From positions 1 through 31,571 of the IMG/VR virus record IMGVR_UViG_3300029891_000080: DNA of 31,571 bases. One strand, 5' to 3'. Of this stretch, positions 1 to 8,485 are shown in pieces (the first letter of the stretch is position 1; the number at the start of each line of letters is the position of its first letter). The notes beneath the pieces were generated by a model. That model was not told where the DNA came from and did not search any database. It saw only the letters and a list, made by a program, of their open reading frames with translations. The translations under genes and the position numbers were made by a program. This DNA comes from a virus (Duplodnaviria; Caudoviricetes).

Positions 1-702
1 CTACCTTTCGACTGTGTGCCCCCACCAGACGACTTTACCGATAATACCAAGCTGCTCGGCATCGATGCCCGTGCGTCGCTCGGGCGGCAGCCGCAGAGCA
101 GTGTTGTCGGAGTGGAGCCAGAGCTCTCCTGAAGTGGAATGCTCGACACGTTTGATCCGCGCCCCACTGTCCTCATGCACGGCATATAAATCAGCGCGAA
201 GTGGCTTGGCGGCCTGGCGGGGGCGGATAGGCACTGTGGATTGAGCGGTGTCAATTAGTACCATGTCGCCGGGTGCCAAGGTGGGCTGCATGCTTTCGCC
301 GCGCACGCGTGCCAGCCGAGCGTTTGCCGGGGAAACACCGATCTTGCGAAGCCAGTCGCGCCGAAAGACGAGGTACTCGATAATTTCCTCGTTGCCATTC
401 AAGGCGCCTGGCCCGGCCGCAAGCTCTGCTTCGTGAAGCGCTACCCGAGCATAAGCTGTATGGTCGAGCGTTACTTGTTCGACCGGGCCCAGATCCCGGT
501 GTTCCCCGAGATAAAACTCAAGATTCAGCGCTTCGGCAAGCGCAAAAACTCGGTCTATTCCGGGAGAAGAACCCTTGCGTAGGCTTTGGATCGCTGTGTT
601 GTCCGCCTTTCCGAAGGCGCGCAGGCAGACCTCGGCCTGACTCAAGCCGAGCTCCTTCCGACGCTTTTCCACAAGCTCGTAGATGTAGTCCGCGCTGAAC
701 AT
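1..702 (-). CDS. Phage repressor, XRE HTH + S24 peptidase (CI/LexA-like), 233 aa
   Basis: Start re-called to ATG at 702 (MFSADYIYELVEKRRKELGLSQAEV); HTH, AG cleavage-type site (LAAGPG), catalytic Ser (VRGESMQP) and Lys (IKR), C-terminal IIGKVVW; divergent from the early operon. Confidence 0.92.
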   Translation of the reverse strand: MFSADYIYELVEKRRKELGLSQAEVCLRAFGKADNTAIQSLRKGSSPGIDRVFALAEALNLEFYLGEHRDLGPVEQVTLDHTAYARVALHEAELAAGPGALNGNEEIIEYLVFRRDWLRKIGVSPANARLARVRGESMQPTLAPGDMVLIDTAQSTVPIRPRQAAKPLRADLYAVHEDSGARIKRVEHSTSGELWLHSDNTALRLPPERRTGIDAEQLGIIGKVVWWGHTVER

Positions 703-819
703 GGTGGAAAAATGCACCAAACACGTCCGCCGCACAAGTGAGCCGTTATGGAAATACACCGTTTCTATAAAGTGTAATATTGCCATTGACTGATAGTGTA
801 AAATTTCCATAATGGTAGC
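703..819. promoter_or_regulatory. Divergent immunity control region with candidate operators and early promoter
   Basis: AT-rich; direct repeat AGTGTAATATTGCCAT (771-786) / AGTGTAAAATTTCCAT (795-810); TTGACT (786-791)-16 bp-CATAAT (808-813) on +. Confidence 0.75.
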
Positions 820-1062
820 ATGGATTACGAACACCTCGCCAAACTTGCCGCCACCCTTGCTGCCCATACGGGCCGCTCTGAGTTCACGATCGCCAAATGG
901 TGCGGCGTTCATGCGCGGCTGTTTCATCGCCTTCGTAAGGGCGAGGGGTGCAGGGTGGACACTTTCAACCATGCGATGCGGGCGATTTCGGAACGTTGGC
1001 CGTCCGATCTTGAATGGCCACGTTCGATCCCGCGGCCCAACAAACCAAGGGAGGCCGCGTGA
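820..1062 (+). CDS. Ner/Cro-like small DNA-binding protein, 80 aa
   Basis: First gene divergent from the repressor; HTH-like SEFTIAKWCGVHARLFHRLRKG; WPSDLEWP tail. Confidence 0.75.
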   Translation: MDYEHLAKLAATLAAHTGRSEFTIAKWCGVHARLFHRLRKGEGCRVDTFNHAMRAISERWPSDLEWPRSIPRPNKPREAA

Positions 1063-1358
1063 TGTCGGGCTTCTGCCTTCAGCGCCAGGGGCGCGGCTGG
1101 ATTGTTGCAGGGCCGAACGGGCGCGCGCTGACCGGGGTCTATGGCGACCGCAACCTTGCCGCGGTGCGGTTGGGCGAATTGCAGGACCTGGCCGAGACCA
1201 CCGAGCGGCGGATGCGGCGGGCCTGCATGTGCTGCGGGCGCGAGTTTCTTTCGGCAGGCATCCAGAACCGGCTTTGCGCAGGTTGCCGGACCGGAACGCC
1301 GGTCGAGCACATGCCCGCGCGGTCGCGCCATACGGCGAAAGCAGGGGGTAGGACATGA
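1062..1358 (+). CDS. Hypothetical zinc-finger protein, 98 aa
   Basis: TGATG overlap with the previous gene; CMCC...CAGC motif (RACMCCGREFLSAGIQNRLCAGC). Confidence 0.75.
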   Translation: MSGFCLQRQGRGWIVAGPNGRALTGVYGDRNLAAVRLGELQDLAETTERRMRRACMCCGREFLSAGIQNRLCAGCRTGTPVEHMPARSRHTAKAGGRT

Positions 1359-1486
1359 CGCTCATGCGCAAACTGATCGCTGGCGCGCGCTGGCTGGACA
1401 ACCACTGGCTGGGCGACCTGATCGGGGCAGTGTGCCTGATGATCATCGGCTACAGCGGCTTTTTCATCGCGGGAATCCTGCAATGA
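1355..1486 (+). CDS. Small single-TM membrane protein, 43 aa (not in ORF track)
   Basis: MTLMRKLIAGARWLDNHWLGDLIGAVCLMIIGYSGFFIAGILQ; ATGA overlaps at both ends. Confidence 0.75.
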   Translation: MTLMRKLIAGARWLDNHWLGDLIGAVCLMIIGYSGFFIAGILQ

Positions 1487-1737
1487 TCGGCCGCGGCACG
1501 GCACCCGGGCCGCGGTCCGGGTACGAGATCGTCAAATTGCTGCGCGCCAAGCTTGCGGCGGCGCGCCTGGCGGCGAAAGCGGCCGATGCGAGCGACGACG
1601 AGGACCAAAGTTTCGATCTTTGGGCCAGCCATGACGCGCTGGTCGACGAGATCCTCGAGCTGCTCGCGGCACTCGAGGATGGCGAGCATTTCAACACGAT
1701 CGCCGCGGTTCTGGCGGGCTTCGAGGGCCGGACATGA
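1483..1737 (+). CDS. Hypothetical acidic protein, 84 aa
   Basis: Start re-called to ATG 1483 (ATGA overlap); MIGRGTAPG...DASDDEDQSFDLW... Confidence 0.7.
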   Translation: MIGRGTAPGPRSGYEIVKLLRAKLAAARLAAKAADASDDEDQSFDLWASHDALVDEILELLAALEDGEHFNTIAAVLAGFEGRT

Positions 1738-1976
1738 GGGATGCGATGCACCATAACGGGCCGATTGCGCAATGGCAGCGCGCCAACGAGTTGCTGACCG
1801 AGGCGCGCCGGTTAATGCCCCTGATGAGGGCACGCCAGGGCTCGCCCATGCGCGATGCCGCCACGCAGGCCTATGTCGAGGCGGTCGACGAGCTGGTCGC
1901 GGTGCTCGGCGTGATGGCCGATACCGGCGCGCTCGAGCCGGTCAGCGAATATTTTTCCGTGGTCTATGGGGGTTGA
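1734..1976 (+). CDS. Hypothetical protein, 80 aa
   Basis: ATGA overlap, fills the operon, typical codon usage. Confidence 0.7.
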   Translation: MRDAMHHNGPIAQWQRANELLTEARRLMPLMRARQGSPMRDAATQAYVEAVDELVAVLGVMADTGALEPVSEYFSVVYGG

Positions 1977-1978
1977 GC

Positions 1979-2215
1979 ATGCATGCCGCGCCCCTGACTT
2001 CGCCCCGCCTGCAGCGAGTGCTGGCCGTGCTCGGCGACGGGCGTGCCCACACGACGCGCGACATCGTGCGGCGCGGTCGGGTGATGGCGGTGAACGCTTG
2101 CGTGGCCGAGCTGCGCGCGCATGGGGCCGAAATTAGCTGCACCGCGCGCATCATCACCGGGCGGCGGAGGTTTTTCTATCTGATGACGAAGGGGCCTGAG
2201 GTGGCGAGCAAATGA
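1979..2215 (+). CDS. Winged-helix-like small protein, 78 aa
   Basis: Start re-called to ATG 1979; RLQRVLAVLGDGRAHTTRDI...VNACVAELRAHG pattern. Confidence 0.7.
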   Translation: MHAAPLTSPRLQRVLAVLGDGRAHTTRDIVRRGRVMAVNACVAELRAHGAEISCTARIITGRRRFFYLMTKGPEVASK

Positions 2216-3054
2216 CGGAGATCATTCCTTCCGTAACCGAGCTGCCAATTGCGTACATCGCGGTGCCGCCTGATCGCTTGCGCCCTGTTTCTGCCGCGAC
2301 GACTGCTGTGCTGCGGCAGGTGATCGGCGAATTCGGGTTCACGGTGCCGGTGCTGGTGCGCAAAACGCGCAATGGGTTTGTGCTCGTCGACGGGGCGAAC
2401 CGGTTGGCGGTCATGACCGAGATGGGCAATGAGACCATCCCGGTCGTGGCGATCACCTGCCGCGACAACGAGGCGCGGGCGCTCGAGGCGAGCCAGAACC
2501 TCGCTGGTGCGGGCATGACGCCTGTTGATGATGCGATTTTTCTTGCGGCCTACAGTGCGGCGTATGGGGAAATGCACCCTGAAACCAGAGCCGGAGTCGC
2601 GGGTGGGCTTGCGAGGCAGGGATTAGCAACGGAACTAAGTTCCTTTGCTGAAACCATTGCCGAGAAGCGGGCTCTGACTGTGCGCCAGGTGAGGAAGATC
2701 GCCCGCGCCGGTCGTTTGATCAGCCGCGACGAAGCATATTGGCTGCGCACCGCGCCGAAAAAGGTGACGCTTGCCGACCTGCTGCTGCTCGGCAAGATCG
2801 GCGACCCAGACGAGCGTAGTGCAGTGGTCGCGGCGCTCGCGGAAGGCCGGAAAGCCACCGCGGCGCGCAAGGCCTATCTGGCCGCGAAGAACGGCGCCGC
2901 GCCTTCGGTCAAGTATCCCGCCGAGGATGGTTTCAAGGCGCTGATCGCGCTTTGGGGGCGGGTACCGAAGGCCTCCAAACGGCGCTTTGCCGAGCATTTT
3001 GCCACCGAACTGCAGGAATTGATCGATCAGGCGGATGGGGAGGGGCAGGAATGA
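2212..3054 (+). CDS. ParB N-terminal domain protein with downstream HTH, 280 aa
   Basis: DRLRPV...GFTVPVLVR...LVDGANRL...ASQNL ParB/Srx pattern; HTH-like FAETIAEKRALTVRQVRK. Confidence 0.85.
   Translation: MTEIIPSVTELPIAYIAVPPDRLRPVSAATTAVLRQVIGEFGFTVPVLVRKTRNGFVLVDGANRLAVMTEMGNETIPVVAITCRDNEARALEASQNLAGAGMTPVDDAIFLAAYSAAYGEMHPETRAGVAGGLARQGLATELSSFAETIAEKRALTVRQVRKIARAGRLISRDEAYWLRTAPKKVTLADLLLLGKIGDPDERSAVVAALAEGRKATAARKAYLAAKNGAAPSVKYPAEDGFKALIALWGRVPKASKRRFAEHFATELQELIDQADGEGQE
2625..2649. repeat. 25-bp near-perfect palindrome inside the parB-like gene (candidate parS/operator)
   Basis: AGCAACGGAACT-A-AGTTCCTTTGCT, 11 of 12 arm positions complementary. Confidence 0.7.
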
Positions 3055-5171
3055 CCTCTGCCGCACCCGATCGGCTCTGGTGGAGCGCGGAAGAAATAGC
3101 CGCCGCAGCACTTCCCGACATGCCGTCGACCCGCCAGGGCGTCGAGGCGCTGATCAAGCGGGCTGGCTGGCGCCAGGACACCTTGCACGCGCGTCGCCGC
3201 GCGGGCCGTGGCGGTGGTTGGGAATACAGCTGGCAGCTTCTGCCGGTGCGCGCGCGCCACCAACTGATGCGGTCAGAACGAGCACCCAGGGAACCCGAGC
3301 GCATGGGGCGCGACGAAGCCTGGACGTGGTTCGAAGCGCTGCCCGAGGCGGTGAAGGCCAAGGCGCGCGTCAGGCAGAGCATTTTGCAGAAGGTCGAGGT
3401 ACTCGAGCCCGCGATCGGGCGCCAGAGCGCGGTGACCGAGGTTGCCCGCCTGGAAGGCCTCGGCGCGCGCACGATCTGGTCGTGGCTGGCGCTGGTCGAA
3501 GGCGTGCGTGCCGACGACCGCCTGCCATACCTCGCGCCGCGCCACCGAGCAGCGCCCGAGCGCCCGCGGGCGAAGGACTGCAACCCTGAGTTTTTCGCGC
3601 TGATCAAGAGCGATTATCTGCGCCTTGAACAGCCGCCCTTCACCGATTGCTATCGCCGCTCGGTCAAGCGGGCCCGTGCCGAAGGCTGGGACATTCTGCC
3701 GGAGCGCACGATGCGGCGGCGGCTCGATGCGGCCGTGTCGCAGGTCAGCCAGGTGCTGGCGCGCAAGGGGCTCGACGCCGTGAAACGGATGTATCCCGCC
3801 CAGGTGCGCGACAAGACCGCAATGACAGTTCTCGAGGCGGTCAACGCCGACTTCCACAAGTTCGACGTCTTCGTGCGCTGGCCCGCCGCGCGTGGCGAAA
3901 AGCCGGTGATTGGGCGCGCGCAGATGGTGGCGTTTCAGGACATCTACTCTGGCCGCATCCTTGCCTGGCGCGTGGATCAGACCCCGAACGCGACCGCGGT
4001 GCTGCTGTGTGCGGGCGACATGATCGAGAGCTGGGGCATTCCGCAGCATGTGCTGCTGGACAACGGCCGCGAATTCGCTGCCAAGGCGATCACCGGGGGC
4101 AGCCCGACGCGCTACCGCTTCAAGGTGCGCGACGAGGACATTCCGGGCCTGTTCACGGCGCTCGGCTGTGAGATCCATTGGGCCACGCCCTATGCGGGCC
4201 AGTCGAAGCCGATCGAGCGGGCATTTCGCGACATGTGCACCGCGATTGCCAAGGATCCGCGCTTTGCGGGCGCCTGGACCGGCAACCGGCCCGAGGCAAA
4301 ACCTGAAAACTACGGCAGCCGCGCCATCGACCTCGAGCAGTTTCTCGAGGTGCTTGCCGAAGGGATCGAGGAACACAACACACGGCAGGGGCGGCGCTCC
4401 GAGGTCGCATGGGGGCGCAGCTTTGCCGAAGTGTTCGACGAAAACTATGCCATCGCCCCGATCCGCAAAGCCACCGAGGCGCAGCGGCGGCTCTGGCTAT
4501 TGGGCGCCGAGGGTCTGCGGGCCGACAGCCAGTCAGGATGTGTCCGCTTTCAGGGCAGCGAGTTCTGGTCCGAGTGGATGCATGAGATTGCCGAGCAGCG
4601 GGTCATCGTCCGCTTCGACCCTGCCGCGTTCTTCGACGGGCTGCACATCTACAGCCAGGACAACGCCTATCTGGGCCACGCGACTTGTCTGTTGAAAACC
4701 GGGTTCTTCGACATGGACGAGGCGCGCGCGCATGCGCGGGCCCGCAACGCCTGGCTCGCCGCAGAAAAGACGGCGCTGGCCGCGCACCGGAAATACAAGG
4801 CGGCCGAAATCGGCGAAGGGCTCACCGCGCTGACGCCGCCCGATCTGCCGAGGCCGGAGGCCAAGGTGGTGCGGCCGGTCTTTGCCAAGCCCGTGCCAAA
4901 ATCCGCGCGCAAGGCGCCCGCACCGGATCTCGAGCGCGCGCAGGCGACGATCGTCGCCGATCTGGCGGCGCATCGTAGCGCCCCGGTGCGCGTAGCCGAG
5001 GAAGAGCCGCGCGAGCGGTTCCGCCGTGCGCTCGAACTCGAACGAGCATTGGACGCGGGCGACCGGCTGACCGCCGAACAGCAACGCTGGCTCAGCGTAT
5101 ACCAGACCCAGCCCGAATACCGGGCCGAGCGCATGCTCTGGGACGAACGGGGCGACACGATCTTTGGCTGA
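3051..5171 (+). CDS. Mu-type DDE transposase (MuA), 706 aa
   Basis: Start ATG 3051; N-terminal Mu HTH (WWSAEEIA...GRGGGWEY); catalytic D (NADFH), D (LLDNGREF), E (SKPIERAF); VRFDP C-terminal domain. Confidence 0.96.
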   Translation: MTSAAPDRLWWSAEEIAAAALPDMPSTRQGVEALIKRAGWRQDTLHARRRAGRGGGWEYSWQLLPVRARHQLMRSERAPREPERMGRDEAWTWFEALPEAVKAKARVRQSILQKVEVLEPAIGRQSAVTEVARLEGLGARTIWSWLALVEGVRADDRLPYLAPRHRAAPERPRAKDCNPEFFALIKSDYLRLEQPPFTDCYRRSVKRARAEGWDILPERTMRRRLDAAVSQVSQVLARKGLDAVKRMYPAQVRDKTAMTVLEAVNADFHKFDVFVRWPAARGEKPVIGRAQMVAFQDIYSGRILAWRVDQTPNATAVLLCAGDMIESWGIPQHVLLDNGREFAAKAITGGSPTRYRFKVRDEDIPGLFTALGCEIHWATPYAGQSKPIERAFRDMCTAIAKDPRFAGAWTGNRPEAKPENYGSRAIDLEQFLEVLAEGIEEHNTRQGRRSEVAWGRSFAEVFDENYAIAPIRKATEAQRRLWLLGAEGLRADSQSGCVRFQGSEFWSEWMHEIAEQRVIVRFDPAAFFDGLHIYSQDNAYLGHATCLLKTGFFDMDEARAHARARNAWLAAEKTALAAHRKYKAAEIGEGLTALTPPDLPRPEAKVVRPVFAKPVPKSARKAPAPDLERAQATIVADLAAHRSAPVRVAEEEPRERFRRALELERALDAGDRLTAEQQRWLSVYQTQPEYRAERMLWDERGDTIFG

Positions 5172-5229
5172 GAAAACCGCCGGGTGCAAACGGCCCACGG
5201 CGGAAAACACGAGCGGAGGCGAGGGAACG

Positions 5230-6015
5230 ATGACGGACGAACCGAGGCTTTACAACAGCGTGGCACCCCTGCGGAATGTAGCGGCTTTGCTGACGCTGAT
5301 TGATCGGGTGCAGACGCGCGCGCATGGGTTGCCGGGCATGGCCACCTTCTACGGGCCTTCGGGCTACGGCAAGACTACTGCGGCGGTCTATGCCACCAAT
5401 CGTTTCCGCGCCTGCCACATCCAGATTCAGGCGCTCTGGCGCGCCAAGACCCTGCTGCAGGAGATCGTGATCGAACTTGGCCTTCGGCCCGCGCGCACGG
5501 CGCCCGAGCTGTTCAACCAGGCGGCGGAAGAACTCGCGCGCTCGGGCCGCCCGCTGCTTCTGGACGAGGCCGACCACCTAGTCAGCGACAAGATGATCGA
5601 GGTGGTGCGCGGGCTCTACGAGGCCTCGGGTGTGCCGGTGATCCTGATTGGCGAGGAGCTTCTGCCGCAGAAGCTGCAGCGGTGGGAGCGCGTACACGGG
5701 CGCATGCTCGACTGGGTCGCGGCCGAACCGGCGAGCCTTGCGGACGTCGGTCACATGGCGCCGATTTACGCGCCGGGCATCGAGATCGCCCCGGACCTGC
5801 GCGAGATCTTGCTGAAATCCTCGCGTCGCTCGATCCGTCGGGTGGCGATCAACCTCGCGCTGATCAACGAGCACGCGAAGGTGCGCGGGTTGGTGCGGGT
5901 CACCGCCGCCGACTGGAAAGGCGCGTTCTTTACCGGCGAGGCCCCCGCGGCGCGGCGCGATGAAATGGCCGAGGAATTCCGCCGCAAGGCCGATGCCAAA
6001 AGGAGGGTCGCGTGA
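5230..6015 (+). CDS. MuB-like AAA+ transposition ATPase, 261 aa
   Basis: Walker A GPSGYGKT, Walker B LLLDEAD, LIGEE; follows MuA; ATG 5230 after GAGGG preferred over TTG 5164. Confidence 0.93.
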   Translation: MTDEPRLYNSVAPLRNVAALLTLIDRVQTRAHGLPGMATFYGPSGYGKTTAAVYATNRFRACHIQIQALWRAKTLLQEIVIELGLRPARTAPELFNQAAEELARSGRPLLLDEADHLVSDKMIEVVRGLYEASGVPVILIGEELLPQKLQRWERVHGRMLDWVAAEPASLADVGHMAPIYAPGIEIAPDLREILLKSSRRSIRRVAINLALINEHAKVRGLVRVTAADWKGAFFTGEAPAARRDEMAEEFRRKADAKRRVA

Positions 6016-6566
6016 TGTTCCTGACCCCGGAAACCCGAATCGCGCTCGCAGATGCTGCCTGGGCGGTGGCGCTGCGGCTTGGCACCTTTGGCTACGCCGA
6101 GATCAGCGCCGAGCTGCACGTCAGCATGTATCAGGCGACCGAAATCGTGCGCGCCTGGGAAAAGGACGGCGCCTGCATCAATATCCAGCGCGGGGTCGGG
6201 CGGCGGAACCTCTATCGTGTCGTGGCGGAATTTCCGCGCACGCGCGAGGCAGGCACTGGCGGCTCGGTGCCACTCAACCTCTGGACCTCGATGCGGGGAC
6301 TGAAAAGCTTCACGCCCACCGATCTTGCGTCACATTCCTCGACCGTTTCAGTGCCGGTCAGGCTGGAAGCCGCGCAGGGGTACTGCCAGGCGCTTCTGAA
6401 GGCGGGCTACCTCAAGGTCGAGCGCACGGCAGTGCCGGGGCGGCGCGAGGCGATCTACCGGCTGATCCGCAACACCGGCCCGCGGCCGCCACGCGAGCGG
6501 CGGGTGCGCGCGCTCTGGGATGACAATCTCAGTGAACTCGTGCTGCTGAACGGGGGCTTGCAATGA
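6012..6566 (+). CDS. Conserved Mu-like phage DNA-binding protein (tandem winged helix), ~184 aa
   Basis: LWTSMRGLKSFTPTDLA...YCQALLKAGYL...YRLIRNTGPRPP, typical of the gene following B in Mu-like phages. Confidence 0.8.
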   Translation: MMFLTPETRIALADAAWAVALRLGTFGYAEISAELHVSMYQATEIVRAWEKDGACINIQRGVGRRNLYRVVAEFPRTREAGTGGSVPLNLWTSMRGLKSFTPTDLASHSSTVSVPVRLEAAQGYCQALLKAGYLKVERTAVPGRREAIYRLIRNTGPRPPRERRVRALWDDNLSELVLLNGGLQ

Positions 6567-6934
6567 GCCGCCCGCTCGAAATTGCGCGCGCCGCCTGGGG
6601 CGATGCCTTGCCGGACTGGGTCGAGGCGCTGGCGGTCGAATGCACCGCCACCAGCCAGAACCGGGTTGCGGCGCGCATGGACCGCTCGCCTGCGTTGATC
6701 AGCCAGGTGTTGCGCGCCAAGTATCCGGCCGATTTAAGCGCCGTTGAAGAGCGGTTCAGGGGGGTGTTTCTGGCGGGCCGCGTGGCTTGCCCGGCGCTTG
6801 GCACCCTGCCGTCGCACGAGTGCCAGGATTGGCGTGCCAAGTCGCGCGCCTTTGCCACCGGCAACCCGCTCCGGGTGCGGATGTTTCGCGCCTGCGCTGC
6901 CTGCCCGCGCAACGCGAGGGAGGACCAGCGATGA
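6563..6934 (+). CDS. HTH + Cys-rich Mu-like phage regulator, 123 aa
   Basis: SQNRVAARMDRSPALISQVLRAKY HTH; CPALG...C...CAACP. Confidence 0.8.
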   Translation: MSRPLEIARAAWGDALPDWVEALAVECTATSQNRVAARMDRSPALISQVLRAKYPADLSAVEERFRGVFLAGRVACPALGTLPSHECQDWRAKSRAFATGNPLRVRMFRACAACPRNAREDQR

Positions 6935-7182
6935 TCAGCACTGAGGAACATCAGGCGCTTTTCGACCGGCTCGAGCATCTGATTGCGCTCTTTCCATCGC
7001 AGGCAGCGTTCGCCCGCAAAGTCGGAATCGACCCGAGCGTGCCCGCCGACTGGAAAGCACGCATACGTCAACCGCGCGCACTGACACTGATGAAGGTGTG
7101 TGCCGCAACCGGTGCCGATGCCAACTGGTTGCTGCTGGGCCGGGGGGTGCCGCCTCGCGGCGTGAGGACACGCGATGTCTGA
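6931..7182 (+). CDS. XRE-family HTH protein, 83 aa
   Basis: Start ATG 6931 after GGAGG; SQAAFARKVGIDPS...ADANWLLLGRG. Confidence 0.8.
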   Translation: MISTEEHQALFDRLEHLIALFPSQAAFARKVGIDPSVPADWKARIRQPRALTLMKVCAATGADANWLLLGRGVPPRGVRTRDV

Positions 7183-7390
7183 GCGTTGGACCCTGCCAGA
7201 AATGCTGACCCTCGCTGCGCGCGGCCTCGGCAAGATCGATGCCGCCGGGCTGCGCGGCGCGAGCCTGGTCAGCACTGACGAACTTACCGCGATGGCCGGG
7301 GCGCTCGCCGCCTTCGGCCTCGTGCCGATCCCGCCGGGGGCCCCCGTGCCCGACCGGCTCATCATCACCCATCAAGGAGACCGGGCATGA
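7175..7390 (+). CDS. Hypothetical protein, 71 aa
   Basis: GAGGA SD; overlaps both neighbours. Confidence 0.75.
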   Translation: MSERWTLPEMLTLAARGLGKIDAAGLRGASLVSTDELTAMAGALAAFGLVPIPPGAPVPDRLIITHQGDRA

Positions 7391-8040
7391 CCCCCGAAAC
7401 CCCCACGCCGCGCGTGCCTGACGGCCGCTTCGAGCTGAACGGCAAGCCCTACATGGCCGACGCCAAGGGCGGCCTGAAACCTGTCGAGATGATCAAGGCG
7501 CAGGATCTGCTGCAAGACGAGGTCACGCGCAAGATCGTGGGCTACGCGCTCGAGCTTTCCGACCAGATCGCGCGATTCAAGGAGCATACCTTCGACGATA
7601 TTGGCGGCTTCGATGCAATCCTCGAGCAGGAATACGGCGCAACCATCGGCGGCGCCAAGGGCAACAAGACGCTGCAGAGCGTCGATGGGCTCTACAAGGT
7701 GCAGGTGCAGGTGGCCGATCATATCGACTTTGGCCCCGAGCTGCAGATCGCCAAGGGGTTGGTCGACGAGTGCCTCAACGAATGGTCGGCCGAGGCCCGC
7801 CCCGAAATCCGCGCGATCGTGACGCGCGCGTTCAACACCGACAAGGCCGGGCAGATCAACCGCTCGGAGATCTTCATGCTGCTCAGGCTCGACATCTCGG
7901 ATCCGCGCTGGCTGCGCGCCATGGCAGCGATCCGCGATGCGATGCGCGTAGTGGGCTCGAAGACCTATGTGCGCTGCTACGCGCGGCCACGCCACGACGC
8001 GGGCTGGACGGCAATCACCATCGATCTGGCGAAGGCCTGA
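7387..8040 (+). CDS. DUF3164 family protein, 217 aa
   Basis: YMADAKGGL...GGAKGNKTLQSVDG...FGPELQIAKGLVDECL...SKTYVRCY signature. Confidence 0.9.
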   Translation: MTPETPTPRVPDGRFELNGKPYMADAKGGLKPVEMIKAQDLLQDEVTRKIVGYALELSDQIARFKEHTFDDIGGFDAILEQEYGATIGGAKGNKTLQSVDGLYKVQVQVADHIDFGPELQIAKGLVDECLNEWSAEARPEIRAIVTRAFNTDKAGQINRSEIFMLLRLDISDPRWLRAMAAIRDAMRVVGSKTYVRCYARPRHDAGWTAITIDLAKA

Positions 8041-8050
8041 GGAGGGCGAC

Positions 8051-8485
8051 ATGAGCGCGGTCAAGACGATCTATGCGGGCATTCGCGCCCTCGGCATCGC
8101 CGAGGAAGAGGATCGACGTGACCTCTTCGAGCGCGTCACCGGCAAGCGTCGGCTGCGCGAGATGACCCCGAATGACAAGACCGCGGTGGTGGTCGAACTC
8201 AGGCGGCTCGGCTTTGGCGAGGCGCGGGCGGGGGCTGGGCGTAGACCCGCGGCCTCCCGCGCCGATCTTCGCTTCATCCATGTGATGTGGCGCCTGCTGG
8301 GCGAAGCAGGGGCGCTGAAAAAGCCGGGTCGCGCCGGGCTCAACAGCTTCATCCGTTCGCGCTTTGAAGCCAAATGGGGTGCGATTCCGGTCGACATCGA
8401 TGTGATGCGCGAGCCTGGCCAGATCAACGACGTGATGCGCGCGCTGAAGGATTGGTGCGGGCGGGCAGGGGTGGAGCTGAAGTGA
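8051..8485 (+). CDS. gemA: GemA/gp16 (DUF1018) regulatory protein, 144 aa
   Basis: ATG 8051 after GGAGGG; RRDLFERVTGKRRLREMT...LRRLGF and IHVMWRLL...ALKDW. Confidence 0.88.
   Translation: MSAVKTIYAGIRALGIAEEEDRRDLFERVTGKRRLREMTPNDKTAVVVELRRLGFGEARAGAGRRPAASRADLRFIHVMWRLLGEAGALKKPGRAGLNSFIRSRFEAKWGAIPVDIDVMREPGQINDVMRALKDWCGRAGVELK

Noticed and set aside
703-1446. 248-aa N-terminal extension of the repressor ORF in the track (1..1446)
   Set aside because: Runs through the operator region and antisense to three + strand genes; the HTH starts right after ATG 702
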